DNA from: Eledone cirrhosa
Taxonomy: Eukaryota
DNA: 64,000 nucleotides
NCBI GenBank assembly: GCA_964016885.1
Contig: OZ024740.1
Span: 110,794,001-110,858,000, forward strand
Reading direction: 5' to 3'
Part shown: piece after piece, positions 1 to 12,617 of the stretch
How the letters are laid out: each line of letters opens with the position of its first letter
Position numbering within the stretch: the first letter of the stretch is position 1
Program-made: the position numbers and the translations under genes
The notes under the pieces: generated by a model
Databases searched by the model: none
What the model was told of the DNA's origin: nothing
The model's input: only the letters and a program-made list of their open reading frames with translations

Positions 1-264
1 GTCCTGACTAGAAACCAGACGATGTGACACGTGCCTTATTTAATACACGTGACATGTAGGATCACAGGCATATATATATATATATACAGAGAGAGAGTGT
101 GTGTGTGTGTGTCAACAACTGTTTACACATATTTATTAGAATGCTGTTGAAGTGTGTGTACATTTTTCGGGACACCTTATATATATATATACAAAGATAT
201 ATTCATATAAAATAAATGTAGTTTTATATGCATATACAAACTCACTCTAGCCCACATTATCTCT

Positions 265-296
<32 letters not shown>

Positions 297-440
297 TTCT
301 ATATATATTTATATATATATATATATATATATAAATTATGTAGTCAACACATGTTTAAAAACAAGACTTACACGTCATTAATGCAAATATACATGCAAAA
401 ATGCATTTATAGCATCACACACACGCACACGTGCACACAT

Positions 441-510
<70 letters not shown>

Positions 511-844
511 AAATATTTATGAAACAGAACATCTATCATGTCGGTCAAAGACTGGTCAATGATGAGAATTATAAATTAACGTTGACAATATAACGGTCAT
601 TAGAGTGTCTGCCATGTCTGTCCTGCTTTTATTGGAACATCTGAATAAATCGTGTACATATCAAGTTTTATTTTGTTGTGTTTTTTTGTGAGGTGGGGGG
701 AAATGTGATACTCTGTAGTACAAAGACATTTAATGATTCAGCTTTTCGCTTTCTCTCTGGGGTGACATATTATAGCTCGCACACACACACAAACACATAA
801 CACACTCACACACGCACATATATATATATATATATCTATCTATA

Positions 845-892
<48 letters not shown>

Positions 893-1555
893 CATATATC
901 AACAACTAGATAAACGTTTCTTTTATTTACATCGCTGTGCAGTAACATCAACTAATGTCAACTTTACCACCACTAAAGTTGGTTTCGCATCTGCCAGAAT
1001 TGAGGAAGATGACACCTGCCTTACGCAAAATAAAAACAAAAAAAAATCCGAAGATACCAATAATGGCAGAAAAAACAAAACAAAAGCCAAAACCAACAAA
1101 AAACACAACAAAATGTCAAACAAAATGAACTATCTAATATAAAAGTGAACATCTGCTTTGGAAAAATATTTCTGAAATAGGATAGTTGAGATCCCGAGTC
1201 CAGCTTCATTTTTTGATTTTTGGTTGTCGGAAGCGAGAACGGCCTTCTCGTTCATCATTATTCATCATTGCCGCAATTCTCCTCTTTTTCGTTCGAAAGA
1301 CCAATTTTTAGTCGGCTTAGTCTCTCACATACGTGTTTTAAATTCACATAAATTAGGATTTGGTGCGCCTGATTTATATTAGCTTTTGTTTTATTTTATG
1401 TTGTTTATTTATCGGCAATGAGTTAACGTCACGAATTATGTGAATTTCTAATAAAACTTTTTCCTCCCATATCATCCACAATTCGTCACCATTCAGTCAC
1501 CATTCAGTCATTTATACAGTCATTCCCCTCACTCACTCATTTGCCCACTCACATA

Positions 1556-1710
1556 ATAATTGTTTCTACTTTAAGCACAAGGCCAGCAATTTTAAGGGAA
1601 TGGAATGTCAATTAAATTGACCCAGTGCATTACTGGTACTTTATTTTATTGACCTCCCGTAAGGATGAAAGGCAAAGTTAACCTCGGTGGGATTTGAACT
1701 CAGAATGAAA
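1556..1710 (-). mobile_element. SINE family 1 copy (5'-truncated)
   Basis: Shares the ataattgtttctact...cacaaggccagcaa...cccgtaaggatgaaaggcaaagttaacctcgg...gatttgaactcag core with the copies at 22345 and 44040. B box GAGTTCAAATCC lies on the minus strand. Confidence 0.85.
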
Positions 1711-1779
1711 AGCTTAACTTCACTCACATAGTAATGCACATACACATGCACATAGTAATGCACTCATATGCACAAGAAA

Positions 1780-2115
1780 TGGAATGGTCGTTCGTCGGTT
1801 TCGAGGATGAATGTTCTAGTTATTCGATCAACTAAGAGACCTGCTCTTGAAATTAATGTGTAAATGGCTGATCATTCAAAAGACACGTGTATCCACAGCA
1901 TAATTCTTCTGGCGAATCGGCGTTACAAGACTAGCCACTGTTGAATTACAGCTACAGTCCATTTAAAAGATTTAGAAATAGTTTCTGTCAATCTCAATTT
2001 GATTCACAAGACTTGGATTTTTCTAATTATATTTTCCCAAAATGCCACGCAGTGAGATCGAACTTACGACCTAATGATTACAAAACGACCTCCTTAACTA
2101 ATCTGCAATGCTGCA
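1780..2115 (-). mobile_element. SINE family 2 copy, highly diverged
   Basis: Colinear similarity by eye to 16866-17173 (ttcggtt.cga.gatga.tgttc, aaattaa, gaa.tacag.taca). Confidence 0.5.
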
Positions 2116-2369
2116 TCCATATACCCATGTACAATCTCATGTGTTCAGTGTCTAATATAATATATTGCAAGAGCTATCTCTAGTTATGTTATTATTGGTA
2201 TCGGTTGGTGTATTAGTAAAATCGTTAGACCGTCGGACAAATGCTTTGCAATATTTGTTCCAGCTTATTATTTTCTGAGGTCAAATCCCAGCGAACCTAA
2301 AAAATCTGTTTTTACAGCCATAATAGAATAAAGAATTCAATAGAATATCAAGTTGTTTCTGATAGACGT

Positions 2370-2665
2370 AACTAGGTGATGGTCACGATGGGAATACCTT
2401 TGACCATTGGTCTGATAAATTAGTGCTGTCCTGAACCTAAACAACACAGAACGAGTCCCTACAGGGTCGTTAGAACTGCTAAGAATAGCAGACGATCTTC
2501 CTTAAATAACACCGCTACTGTCTTAAAATTGGGAAGATTATATCGAACAGCAGTAGAAGTAGTAGTATATCCTGATGTACAAAAAGACAAGATAGTCACG
2601 GCTGGAATACTTTTGATCATAGCTTCACTCGATCATGGCTGACGTGGGTAATATACAACAACAAA
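2370..2665 (+). repeat. Interspersed repeat family 3 (SINE/LINE-tail-like, ends in caacaa)
   Basis: Motifs ctgcta.gaatagcag, ctactgtcttaaaattg, gat.gtcacggctggaatac.tttgatcat and ctgac.tggg recur at 3895-4070 and 34540-34630. Confidence 0.55.
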
Positions 2666-5600
2666 AAAGCATGCCAATGACTGTGAACTGTAGGTTAGTG
2701 TGGTGGACAGTAATTGGTTACTTCATAGAATAAGAAGATAAAAGTGACAAAACTTCAATGTCAGCTGATCCTGTCCTTTCCGTATGCACGTCTCCTCGAT
2801 CAACATGGATGCATTCTTGAAGTAAAAAAAGCAAAACAATATATAAGACAAGCAAAGTAATTAAACTGAAATACATAAACATACATACGTACAGTCGGTC
2901 ATTCTATCTTTTTTTAAATTGCGATATATATATGCCGCCCCCGGAGACCATAAATAATACAGGCGATAGAAATGACTACCAGAGCTAAAATCTTCTAAGA
3001 TTTCCCCATATTTCACTCAACTTTCAATGACCCAAGCTTCACGCTACATTTTTTCTTTCGTATAATATTTATGTTTGTTTTATCGTCGTGAACGAAATAA
3101 GGTAGTCGAAGATGTGTTCTATACGTTCAAATTCTTCCCTCACTCTACCCCCTCTCTCTCTCTTTTTCCAGCCTCTTTCTCTTTCTTTACTCTTCATCTC
3201 TCTCTCTTTTCCCAGCCTCTTTCTCTTTCTTTACTCTTCATCTCTCTCTTCCTCTGAGAGAAAAAGGGCGAAAAGAACAACAAAATGACAATAATACATT
3301 CCTACTTAAAAATAAAAGACAACCCAAAGAAAAAGAAAATTCAATTTGGCTGTTATTATATCTCTTGATCGCGAAGCTGTCAATTCAATTGGGTTAAAGA
3401 ATGTCGATGAACAACTTCTTGCGAAACAATACAATTATGACCACCTACACTGAGTAACATCAACAAATTGTAATGGGATTGTCGTTGAGATAGCGGCAAA
3501 GCATTAGTATGTCTTCAATTTTCTTTTTATTCCTGTATGGCTTGTACGAGAATAAAGACATAACGTAAAAACATTTTATTCCTTTTACTTTATCGAGGAA
3601 AAATATTTTATAAGTGTTTTGGGAAGGCTCCATAAAAATGGCGGTATTTCAGACGACCAAAAAACTTCCATTTTGAGGAATTTATCTTCATTTTCTGTTT
3701 GGTTTTGTCTTTTTCTTTTCAATACAAAAACAGGATTTTCAATTTATCTTGAAGAATATGCCACTGCTTGGATATAAAATTCCAAACAAAATTCGCATCA
3801 TGGATCCTACTCCAGCCATAACAATAAGATTAACGGAAGAAATGTGTATTTCATCGACATCTCTATATTACTCGTACTACTGGAAGTCTATATGGTTACC
3901 AGACATGCAGAAAATAGCAGCCAAGTTTCCCTGAACTAACACCATACTGTGTTTGAAAAATGTATTACACGGTAGATAATATAAACTTTGACGGACTGTT
4001 TGTAAACATTGCGCGATAGATATGGCTGTAAAGTATTTGATCATAGATATACTGACCTGGGGTAAATAATAATGTATGTATGAACCCATAACTCTTGGTG
4101 GAGTCGTAGAGTCACTGTAGTGTCATACAACATTTCTTGGGCATTCTTAAATCTGGTGGCGCCCATCTCTCTCCAGGTCTGAGCATAGCGGATTTCTTCC
4201 AAGGAAGGAGCGAGAATGATAGAGATGAAGTGAAAAAGTGGTATAGAAGAAAAAGCGATCCCCAGTATTGGACTGGCACATTTTTATCGAACTCGAAAGG
4301 ATGAAAGGCAAAGTTGACCTCGATGGGATATGAATTCAGTGTCTATTGAGCCGGAACGAATACCGAAAAAAAATTCTATCCGACGTTCTGACGTTCTGAC
4401 GAGCCTACTAATTTTCCTTATGCGAAATAATAATAGGAACTTGAAATTATTTTATCAACTATTGCTAGAAGAAAATCAGAGCCATCTTCGTTTGATTTGA
4501 ATTCAGAAAGAAACGGCATATTGATACAAGGCTACATCATCCTGAGGAGAAATGAGTAAAGGCAGTTAATTCTAATCAAGTATTTAATTGGTGTTTATTT
4601 ATCTGGGCACCACTAAAATTTGAACACTGAACATAAAGAGATACAAGTGAATAATACTATTTTAGTCCGGCAGTTCACTGACAATGTCGGATTGCATATC
4701 TTTTGAATAGAATTACACGTAGCTTGTGATTTAGTGCAAGCCTATTGTCAGTCATGATCGAAAGGGTCCTTTTCAAAATGTGTTATGTGATGTTTCGTTC
4801 TATAGATAGGCTAATGAAAAGTCGATCGTGGTGGTGGTGTTTGAAGTGGACCTAAAAGCTGCAATGCATAGAAGGAGATTGTGGTCATCTGCTACTTCAG
4901 TCGAATAATGATAATGGATAATTAAAGGAGGGTGAACTGGCAGAAGCGGCAGGACGTTGAACAAAGTATCTTGTGTATTTGGTCATGCTGTTTTATCTAT
5001 TTATAAAATTAACAGGCAAATGACAGAGAATTCACAGGTTCTTGAACCTTTAACGTATTTCTCAGGATAGATGGAGGGTTACATAGTGTGTAGCAAGACT
5101 GTTCCTTAAAAGTACAGGTACAAACCAGTTTTGCCAGATAAATGGCCTAGAACAACGTGAAATACAGTGTCTTACTGAAGAACACTACCACTGAGAATAG
5201 AAATCATGACCATACAATTATAGACTAAACACCCTGACCATTGACTCATGGGCCTTCACCACTACAATGCAAATAATATGTGTAGAATCTAAGCAATTAA
5301 AATTGGTTGTTCATGAAAGTGTGTCGATTTTGGTAATTTTCTTGGTGTGGATGTATGCTAATGCATGCTTAATGTATACATCATATATACGTAAATTATG
5401 CTAAAATATGCACACTCTATGTAAATGAATATATTTTCCATACATAATGTGTGCTAATATATGTTACCGCTAGAAGTAAAATTACTGTTTTAAATAGCCA
5501 TGAATCGGGTGTAAATATTGATGGTGACGGTGGTGGTTAATGTGTTAATACTGGACGTGTTGTTAGTGGAGTAGTAGTAGTAGTAGTATCAGTAGTAGTA

Positions 5601-5710
5601 GTAGTAGTAGTAGCAGTAGTAGTAGTAGTAGTATTAGTAGTAGTAGTGGTGGTGGTGGTAGGGATTTTGTGGTCATGGAGTTATTGGTTTTGATATTCAA
5701 CGTTGTCTAT

Positions 5711-5811
5711 ATAATTGTGTCTACTTTTGGCACAAGGCCAGCATTTATCCCAGTGTATTACTGGTATTTTATTTTATCGACCCCGTAAGGATGAAAGGCA
5801 AAGTTAACCTC
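5711..5811 (-). mobile_element. SINE family 1 3' fragment
   Basis: ctacttttggcacaaggccagc...atcgaccccgtaaggatgaaaggcaaagttaacctcg matches the other copies. Confidence 0.85.
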
Positions 5812-5934
5812 GAATGATGGAATGATGGTTCTGTTGGTAGTGGTGTAAATGTTGTCGTTGCTGGTGGTAGTAACGGTGGTGAGGTTGGTGGTCCTGGTAT
5901 TTTCTGGTAGTAATGGTGATGTAATAACTTTTGT

Positions 5935-6390
5935 TGGTTAAGGTAGTGGTGTTAATGGTGGAGGTGGGAGTTGTGTTGCTGTTGGTGGTGGGAGTGGTGT
6001 TAGTGATGATGGTGGGGGGAGATGTGTCGCTGTTGGTAGTGGTGTTAATGGTGGAGGTGGGAGTTGTGTTGCTGTTGGTGGTGGGAGTGGTGTTAATGGT
6101 GGTGGTGGGAGTTGTGTTGCTGTTGGCGATGGGAGTGGTGTTAGTGATGATGGTGGGGGGAGATGTGTCGCTGTTGGTAGTGGTGTTAATGGTGGAGGTG
6201 GGAGTTGTGTTGCTGTTGGTGGTGGGAGTGTTGTTAGTGAGGATGGTGGTGGGAGTTGTGTTGCTGTTGGTAGTGGTGTTAATGGTGGTGGTGGCAGTTG
6301 TGTTACTGTTGGTGATGAGAGTGGTGTTAATGGTGGTGGTGGGAGTTTTGTCGCCGTTGGTAGTGGTGTTAATGGTGGTGGTGGGAGTGG
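5935..6390. repeat. GT-rich minisatellite (24-30 bp subunits with a ~120 bp higher-order repeat)
   Basis: Repeated ggtagtggtgttaatggtggaggtgggagttgtgttgctgtt and gatgatggtggggggagatgtgtcgctg blocks. The Val-rich and Thr/Asn-rich ORFs here are by-products. Confidence 0.9.
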
Positions 6391-7649
6391 TAGTCGGGAT
6401 CGTAATAGGGTTCATAGTAGTAGTGTCGGTAGCAAAGGGATTATTGATTATGGCAGTGTTGTTGATGATGGTTGTCGTATTGGTGATTGTGAATGTGGTG
6501 GTATTGGTAGCTATATTGGTGTAATAGCTATTGTCAGCTGTAGTAGCGGTGGTAGTAGTAGTGATAGTAAGGGAGATGAGGCTGTTGGTGGTGGCAGCAC
6601 TGGTAGTAGTGGTAATGTTGGTGGAAGTGGTAACAATGACAGTAATGGTGATGAGTTTGGTAGTGTAGTAGTAGTGGTGGTGTAATAGCTATTGTTTGTT
6701 GTGGTAATGGTAATGATGATTGTAGTGGTGTGGTGGTGGTGGTGGCGGTGGCGGTGGTGGCGGTGCAGGTTAAATGGAGGCATGTTTCTGAGGTAAAGGA
6801 ACCCTTCTCAACGTTGGGGACAGAGAGGTACAGATTAGATGTAAGGCACTTTCTTACTTCTGGAAACCTGGAGAGTGGAGGTCGTAGAGGTTGGAGTGAG
6901 GGCAGGAAATGGGGGTGGAGAAGCAAGTGTAGAGGTGGGGAATTGAGTGGGGTTTTGAAGGGACATCTTAATTCTTGTTGGCATTGATTATGCAAATGAC
7001 CTCTGCATAGAGATGGAACGATAATCTTGAGAAAAATATCTTCAATTTCCCTTCCTTTTTTCTCTCTCCCTTCCCCGCTCTCTCTCTCTACATTATTTTT
7101 TCTTTAAGTTTTCTCTCGCTTTCTCTCTCTCTCTCTCTCTCTCCCTCTCTCCCCCTCTCTCTCTCCCCCTCTCTCTCTCTCTCTCTCCCCTCTCTCTCTT
7201 CCTATTTTTCTCACTCTTTCTATTTTGTCATTCTTTTTTCTTTTGTTCGTCTTCTCTCTATATATTTTTCTCTTTTCTTTTTCTTCTGCCTTTATCTCTT
7301 ATTGCCTTTTTCTCTCACTCTATGACGTAATAATGTAAAAAGGAAAGACAATAGATTTTATTTACTTGGCAGAAAACTAAAAACGGAGTGAGAAGAGAGC
7401 GATATAGATAGAGAGAGAAAGGGGTGACAGATAGAGAATAGATAGATAAATGCCGAGCAAGTTTATTTTCAAAAGATAAATAAATATAAGAAAATTAGAT
7501 AAAGGCAAAATTAAATAATGAGAGAATAGGGAAAGGGTAAGGAAGGGCAGATCCGGCAGTATGTGAAAGTAAAGTAAGGGACTATGAAAGCCATAAATGA
7601 GAGGAAAAGGAGGGGAAAAGCAAGGACTGTAGGGCTACAGAAATAAGTG

Positions 7650-8225
7650 AGGGGCAGGAGAGAGAGTGATGGGCTCTGGGCCTAGGGCGCCCCGTGGACA
7701 AGACCGCAAAAGCATTTCTGCGGGCAATGGTCAGCGACACCCGCTGCACCAGCGCCCACATTTCGCAGGGTTCCTTCCTCAGACAGGCTGCTGACGTTCC
7801 GATTTTGCGGAGTAGCTCGGCAATATGGAGTCTGAGTACGCCTGTGATCTCGACGGTGACTGGTGCAAAAAGGAATCCGCCGTACAAACACCGGTATTTG
7901 TTTGTCTTGCTTTTCTCTGCATTATGGGCCGTGGTACCGTCATCAAAAAGGGTACAAGAAAATGAGGAGGGCACCGAATTGAGCCAGGCACCGCTATTTT
8001 GGCTGTGAAGCGGAGCTGAAGCAGGTGAGGCGCTGTTGGTTCAAGCCAGACTTGATCCGGCTGAAGTAAGATCTTCATTTGATGTCATTCCAGTTACGTT
8101 GGACATTTGTATACTGGAGAAGAGAGAGGCCATCGCCTGTCCAGGGGCCAGAGCCTGCTCGAGCTCTGGGGCCACCTCAGGTTCGGCCGTCTTATTGAGG
8201 ACCTCACTGACGAGAGTGGAACTGG
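7650..8225 (-). pseudogene. CRE-clade non-LTR retrotransposon 3' remnant (RLE region), frameshifted and internally deleted
   Basis: The minus strand encodes LNQQRLTCF..SQP/NSGAWLNSVPSS then AHNAEKSKTNKY...FAPVTVEITGVL...LVQRVSLTIARRNAFAVL. This parallels LDQHRLACF..AWLHALP and AARRAEGAKLLKY...VPLVVETSCVL...LFQRVSLAVLRGNAFSIL at 50640-51330. Confidence 0.8.
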
Positions 8226-8325
8226 TGACATATAAACAAAAAGATAAATATGTATGTAGATAAAACATACTAACAACATATATATATATCTATATATATA
8301 TAATACCAGGATAAATTTTCATTTA

Positions 8326-8464
8326 GTCCAGAATTAGCCGTCGAAACGGCTTGAGCTCAGCTGTCGGGGTCTTACTGGTTCCTATTACCCACTCTACTAC
8401 CTCAAGTATTGAGTACTTTGGTGCGTTATGGTCCACCTGGTTCCTTACCACATTTCCTTCGTTA
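8326..8464 (+). mobile_element. Repeat family B fragment embedded in (TA)n (probable PLE pseudo-LTR)
   Basis: Approximate reverse complement of 36910-37047 (gtccagaa.tagccgtcgaaacggcttgagctc...cctattacc...gtattgagta...ggtgcgttatggtcca.ctggttccttaccaca). Confidence 0.7.
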
Positions 8465-8543
8465 TATATATATATATCTATATATATATATATATATCTA
8501 TATACATACATACATACATACATACATACATACATACATACAT

Positions 8544-8605
<62 letters not shown>

Positions 8606-8613
<8 letters not shown>

Positions 8614-8723
8614 TAAAATAACAGATTAAAGTTTAAGCAAAGAATCGCTGCTTTCACCCTTAACGGGATCTTCTGAAGCAGCGATTCTTTGCTTAAACTT
8701 TAATCTGTTATTTTAATAAATAT
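8606..8723. repeat. Perfect 48-bp inverted repeat with 22-nt spacer, abutting (TA)n
   Basis: 8606-8653 is the exact reverse complement of 8676-8723. Confidence 0.95.
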
Positions 8724-8833
8724 TTGCCCTACGGTTCTTATATATTTGATATATATTTATCCTTATCGAGCCCTCTTTGGATTTTAGTCTTCAAATTTAT
8801 TATTACTACTATTGTTATTATTATTATTATTAT

Positions 8834-9340
<507 letters not shown>

Positions 9341-9966
9341 ATATATAATATATGAGATATTACTAGTTAGGGCTATTAAAACCATTATTGAACTTGGTAC
9401 TCAAATACATATGGAAAGAAAAGTCTAGTTAAGAATGTAATGGGAAAGCTAGCATAATGTGAATAGGGAATATAATATTGGAAATATAGTAAAGTAAAAG
9501 AAGAACGAAAAACACAAATCAATAGTTTTGCTCTTACATGTCATAATGTTTAGAACCTCATTTTCTAATGAAGAACGAACTATTCCGGGCATCTTGACGG
9601 TCTAGTATCGAGTCTCGATGGCCAGATGGTAAATTCGAAATGGTCTAAGCGTGATCATGGCGATATGTACAGGCTTGTTCCTTCTCGAAGAATTTATTTC
9701 TGCCTCTGCTCATTCTTCTCTATCTTTCTATTTCTTCTTTAATTTCTCATTTTATCTTGTAATGAAAGAATAGCGTCTGAAACTTTAAGACTCTTTTCCT
9801 ACTATATCAAACAAACTACTATATTTCTTAATTGTACTGTGTCGTTTGCATTTTTGTTTCTGTTTACTTTTTGCACACACACACACACACATGTATATTA
9901 TTGTAAATATGTTGCGGTAAACTTTAATGACAGTTATACAGTATCTCGACAAGAGTTCTGTTCTCT

Positions 9967-10351
9967 AAAAATCCAATGATGTCAAGGTCAACTGAATATA
10001 CATTCATTCAAAACAATTCTGGTACCTTCATAGCTACTTTTCAACCTGGGAAATGCCGGATATTGCTCCTGAAAACCTTTCTACTCTTTTGAAACCAACA
10101 ACAGCTAGTATATAAACAATGCCTACGATATAAGCAAAGACAATTACAACAACCTCTTGATTATTTTTTTGTAATTGTCTTTGCTTATATCGTAGGCATT
10201 GTTTATATACTTGCTGTTGTTGGTTTCAAAAGAGTAGAAAGGTTTTCAGGAGAAATATCCGGCATTTCACAGGTTGAAAAGTAGCTATGAAGGTACCAGA
10301 ATTGTTTTGAATGAATGTATATTCGGTTGACCTTGACATCATTGGATTTTT
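9967..10351. repeat. 183-bp inverted repeat (4 mismatches) with 19-nt spacer
   Basis: 9967-10149 versus 10169-10351, compared base by base. Confidence 0.95.
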
Positions 10352-10610
10352 TTTATTGAAAAGTTAGATTTCATTTTAGAAATTATTATTATTATTATTA
10401 TTATTGGTCTAAGCGGACGTATTTTGCACGCTCACAGTAAGTCGCTTTATTTGCCTGTTTAAATTATTTGTTGTTAAATATGTCTTGTTGTGTAAGGGAT
10501 ATAAGCCCTTAGACTTTGCCCCGTGAAGGGGAAAGTATAATATTTGGGCCTTTTGGCCCAAATATTTGAACTTTTTTTTACCTGTTAAAGAATTTACGAA
10601 GAAAAAAAAC

Positions 10611-12586
10611 ATGGCTGCGCCACGCCCCACGGCGGTATGTAGCCTGTCGTGCGACAACGATGTATAAGTTGAGAGGAGCGCTACAGCGAAATTGACACAC
10701 ATTGATAACACAAACACCACCACAAACAAGGTAAACAAAGACACCAATGATACCAATAAGAATTCTAATTTTGAAAAAAATGACTGTAACAGCGACAACG
10801 AAAATACAGATAACAAAAAAAAAAATAACAAATACAACAACAATATCAACACCACTAACATGAAAACAAATAGCGACAACACCAACAGCAACAATACCAA
10901 CTGCACCGAGAACAACGGTGGCAACAAAGACAACAATGATAACAGCGACAGTGCTAACAACAACACCAACAAGAATAACGTCAACAACACCCCCCCCCCC
11001 CCCCCCAACGAAAACAAGACCACTTTCGCTGCGGCAGCAGCAAAAAAGAGGCCTCTCAAACAAAGATGAAAAGTTGGCCCAGGCATTGAAGCTCATCAAG
11101 CAAGAGCAAACTTGGGCCAACTTAACTGTCCCGGTAGAAGCTATTGAGGCAGTGGAGCGCAAAACGTGGCATTTTAGGTGCATCTCAGCACAAACCAAAA
11201 GGGCAGCGTTAATCCCACAAGAAGATATCGAAGTCGCGCTGAGGTGCATCAGAGAAGACAACGAATACATAGAGAGGGGCAGACAGTACGGCACCATTTC
11301 GGTGTTGTTCAAGTCAGAAGCCCTCGCGATGAAACACGCCATGACTCCTTGCAAAACCAGCAAGGTCATAATGTACCCCTCCCACATGGGAAAAAGAACG
11401 GCCCGTCTCGGCATTCCCAGAATCCCACCAGGACTTGACATGTGGTGGATTCTGGGATGTGTGATTGTGGAGGGGGCGGATACAGTCCCTATAGAAGCGA
11501 CCAGAACAGCCAGAGAGGACTGGTCCGGGGTTGACCTGGAGATCCTTCTCCAGATCAGGCCCGAGAATGTGAAGACAATCCCAGTCCACATCCGCCTTCA
11601 GAATGGGACTGTCATTCACATTATGACCGAAGGCAAAAGGCCGCAGTGTTTTGCTTGTGGGGAAAAAACCCATTTGCGAGCCTTCTGCCCTCAACTGCTG
11701 AAAGAGGCAAGGGGTCGAAAGGCTTCACTGCTGCCGACGCCGGGGCGAGGATCACAACCAACACCTGCACCGGCAAAACCACCAACAACAACACCAATAG
11801 AAAGACCACCACCAACATTGACCACCCAGGGGGGAAACGAGGAAAGCTGTCAAATCCCCCCCCCCCCCAAAAAAAAATACACACACCAATAAAACCTTAA
11901 ACATACATACAGACACACTTACAGAAACAGACCCCTCATCTACCAGTAGTGAAAATGAGGGAAATCCCAAATCCCCCAAAATACAAAAAAGGAAACACAA
12001 AAAGAAAAAAAAAAATCAACAAAGCACAAAAGCACCCACAATAAAAAAACCCAGACACCACCCACGCAAACATCTCTCCAATAACACCAACATCAACACC
12101 ACCATCACCATCACCAGAATCCCCCAAACGCAAACAACCGAAACAGACGCAAGAACAAATATACACACAAACATCTGAAACCACAGACACCGCACTCACA
12201 TCAAACACAGACACACCGAAACAACACCACCAGAACCATCACCACCACAGCCACGCAAACAAATAAAATCACACCAGCAAAACATACAAAACTTCGTGCT
12301 CGTCAGGAGGGCCAACAAGGAACTGATGGCCCTCGTAGCACGAAGTGAAAATATACAAAAAGAGGGGGAAATTTTTAAATCGAGCACATTTCGCGTGCCG
12401 GAAGATTTGGTTCTGGTGCGAATGTCGCTCGACATAATCAAAGAAATACGAGACAGCTTTCCTCGGGACGTGGGAACCCCGAACGTAAAACCCACTTCAA
12501 GACTTTTAAAGGGGTTCGCAAAAGAAACCCCACTAACTATAGAGGTCGAACAACCCGACCTTCACAAGAGCCCGGAAGGTAAGTAA
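10611..12586 (+). pseudogene. LINE ORF1 (gag-like nucleic-acid-binding protein), interrupted
   Basis: ATG 10611 is in frame with ORF 10692 across one TAA. An Asn/Thr-rich N-terminus and TFAAAAAK motif are followed by a frameshift near 11055 into ORF 10918, which carries CFACGEKTHLRAFC (CX2CX4HX4C). Further lesions follow after 11890. Confidence 0.75.
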
Positions 12587-12617
12587 ACCTTCCTCTCTCT
12601 CTGTTTAACCTGCCAAC

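Noticed and set aside
110-180. tttttcgggacaccttata resembling a Tc1/mariner right end
   Set aside because: No matching left TIR within the window.
923-1320. Possible minus-strand host exons (pyrimidine tract + AG near 1020; short open frames)
   Set aside because: No recognisable protein motif, and no consistent donor/acceptor pair could be established by eye.
5804-6995. Thr/Asn-rich, Val-rich and His/Pro-rich ORFs; octamer ATGCAAAT near 6990
   Set aside because: The ORFs derive from a minisatellite and triplet low-complexity sequence, and a single octamer is expected by chance.
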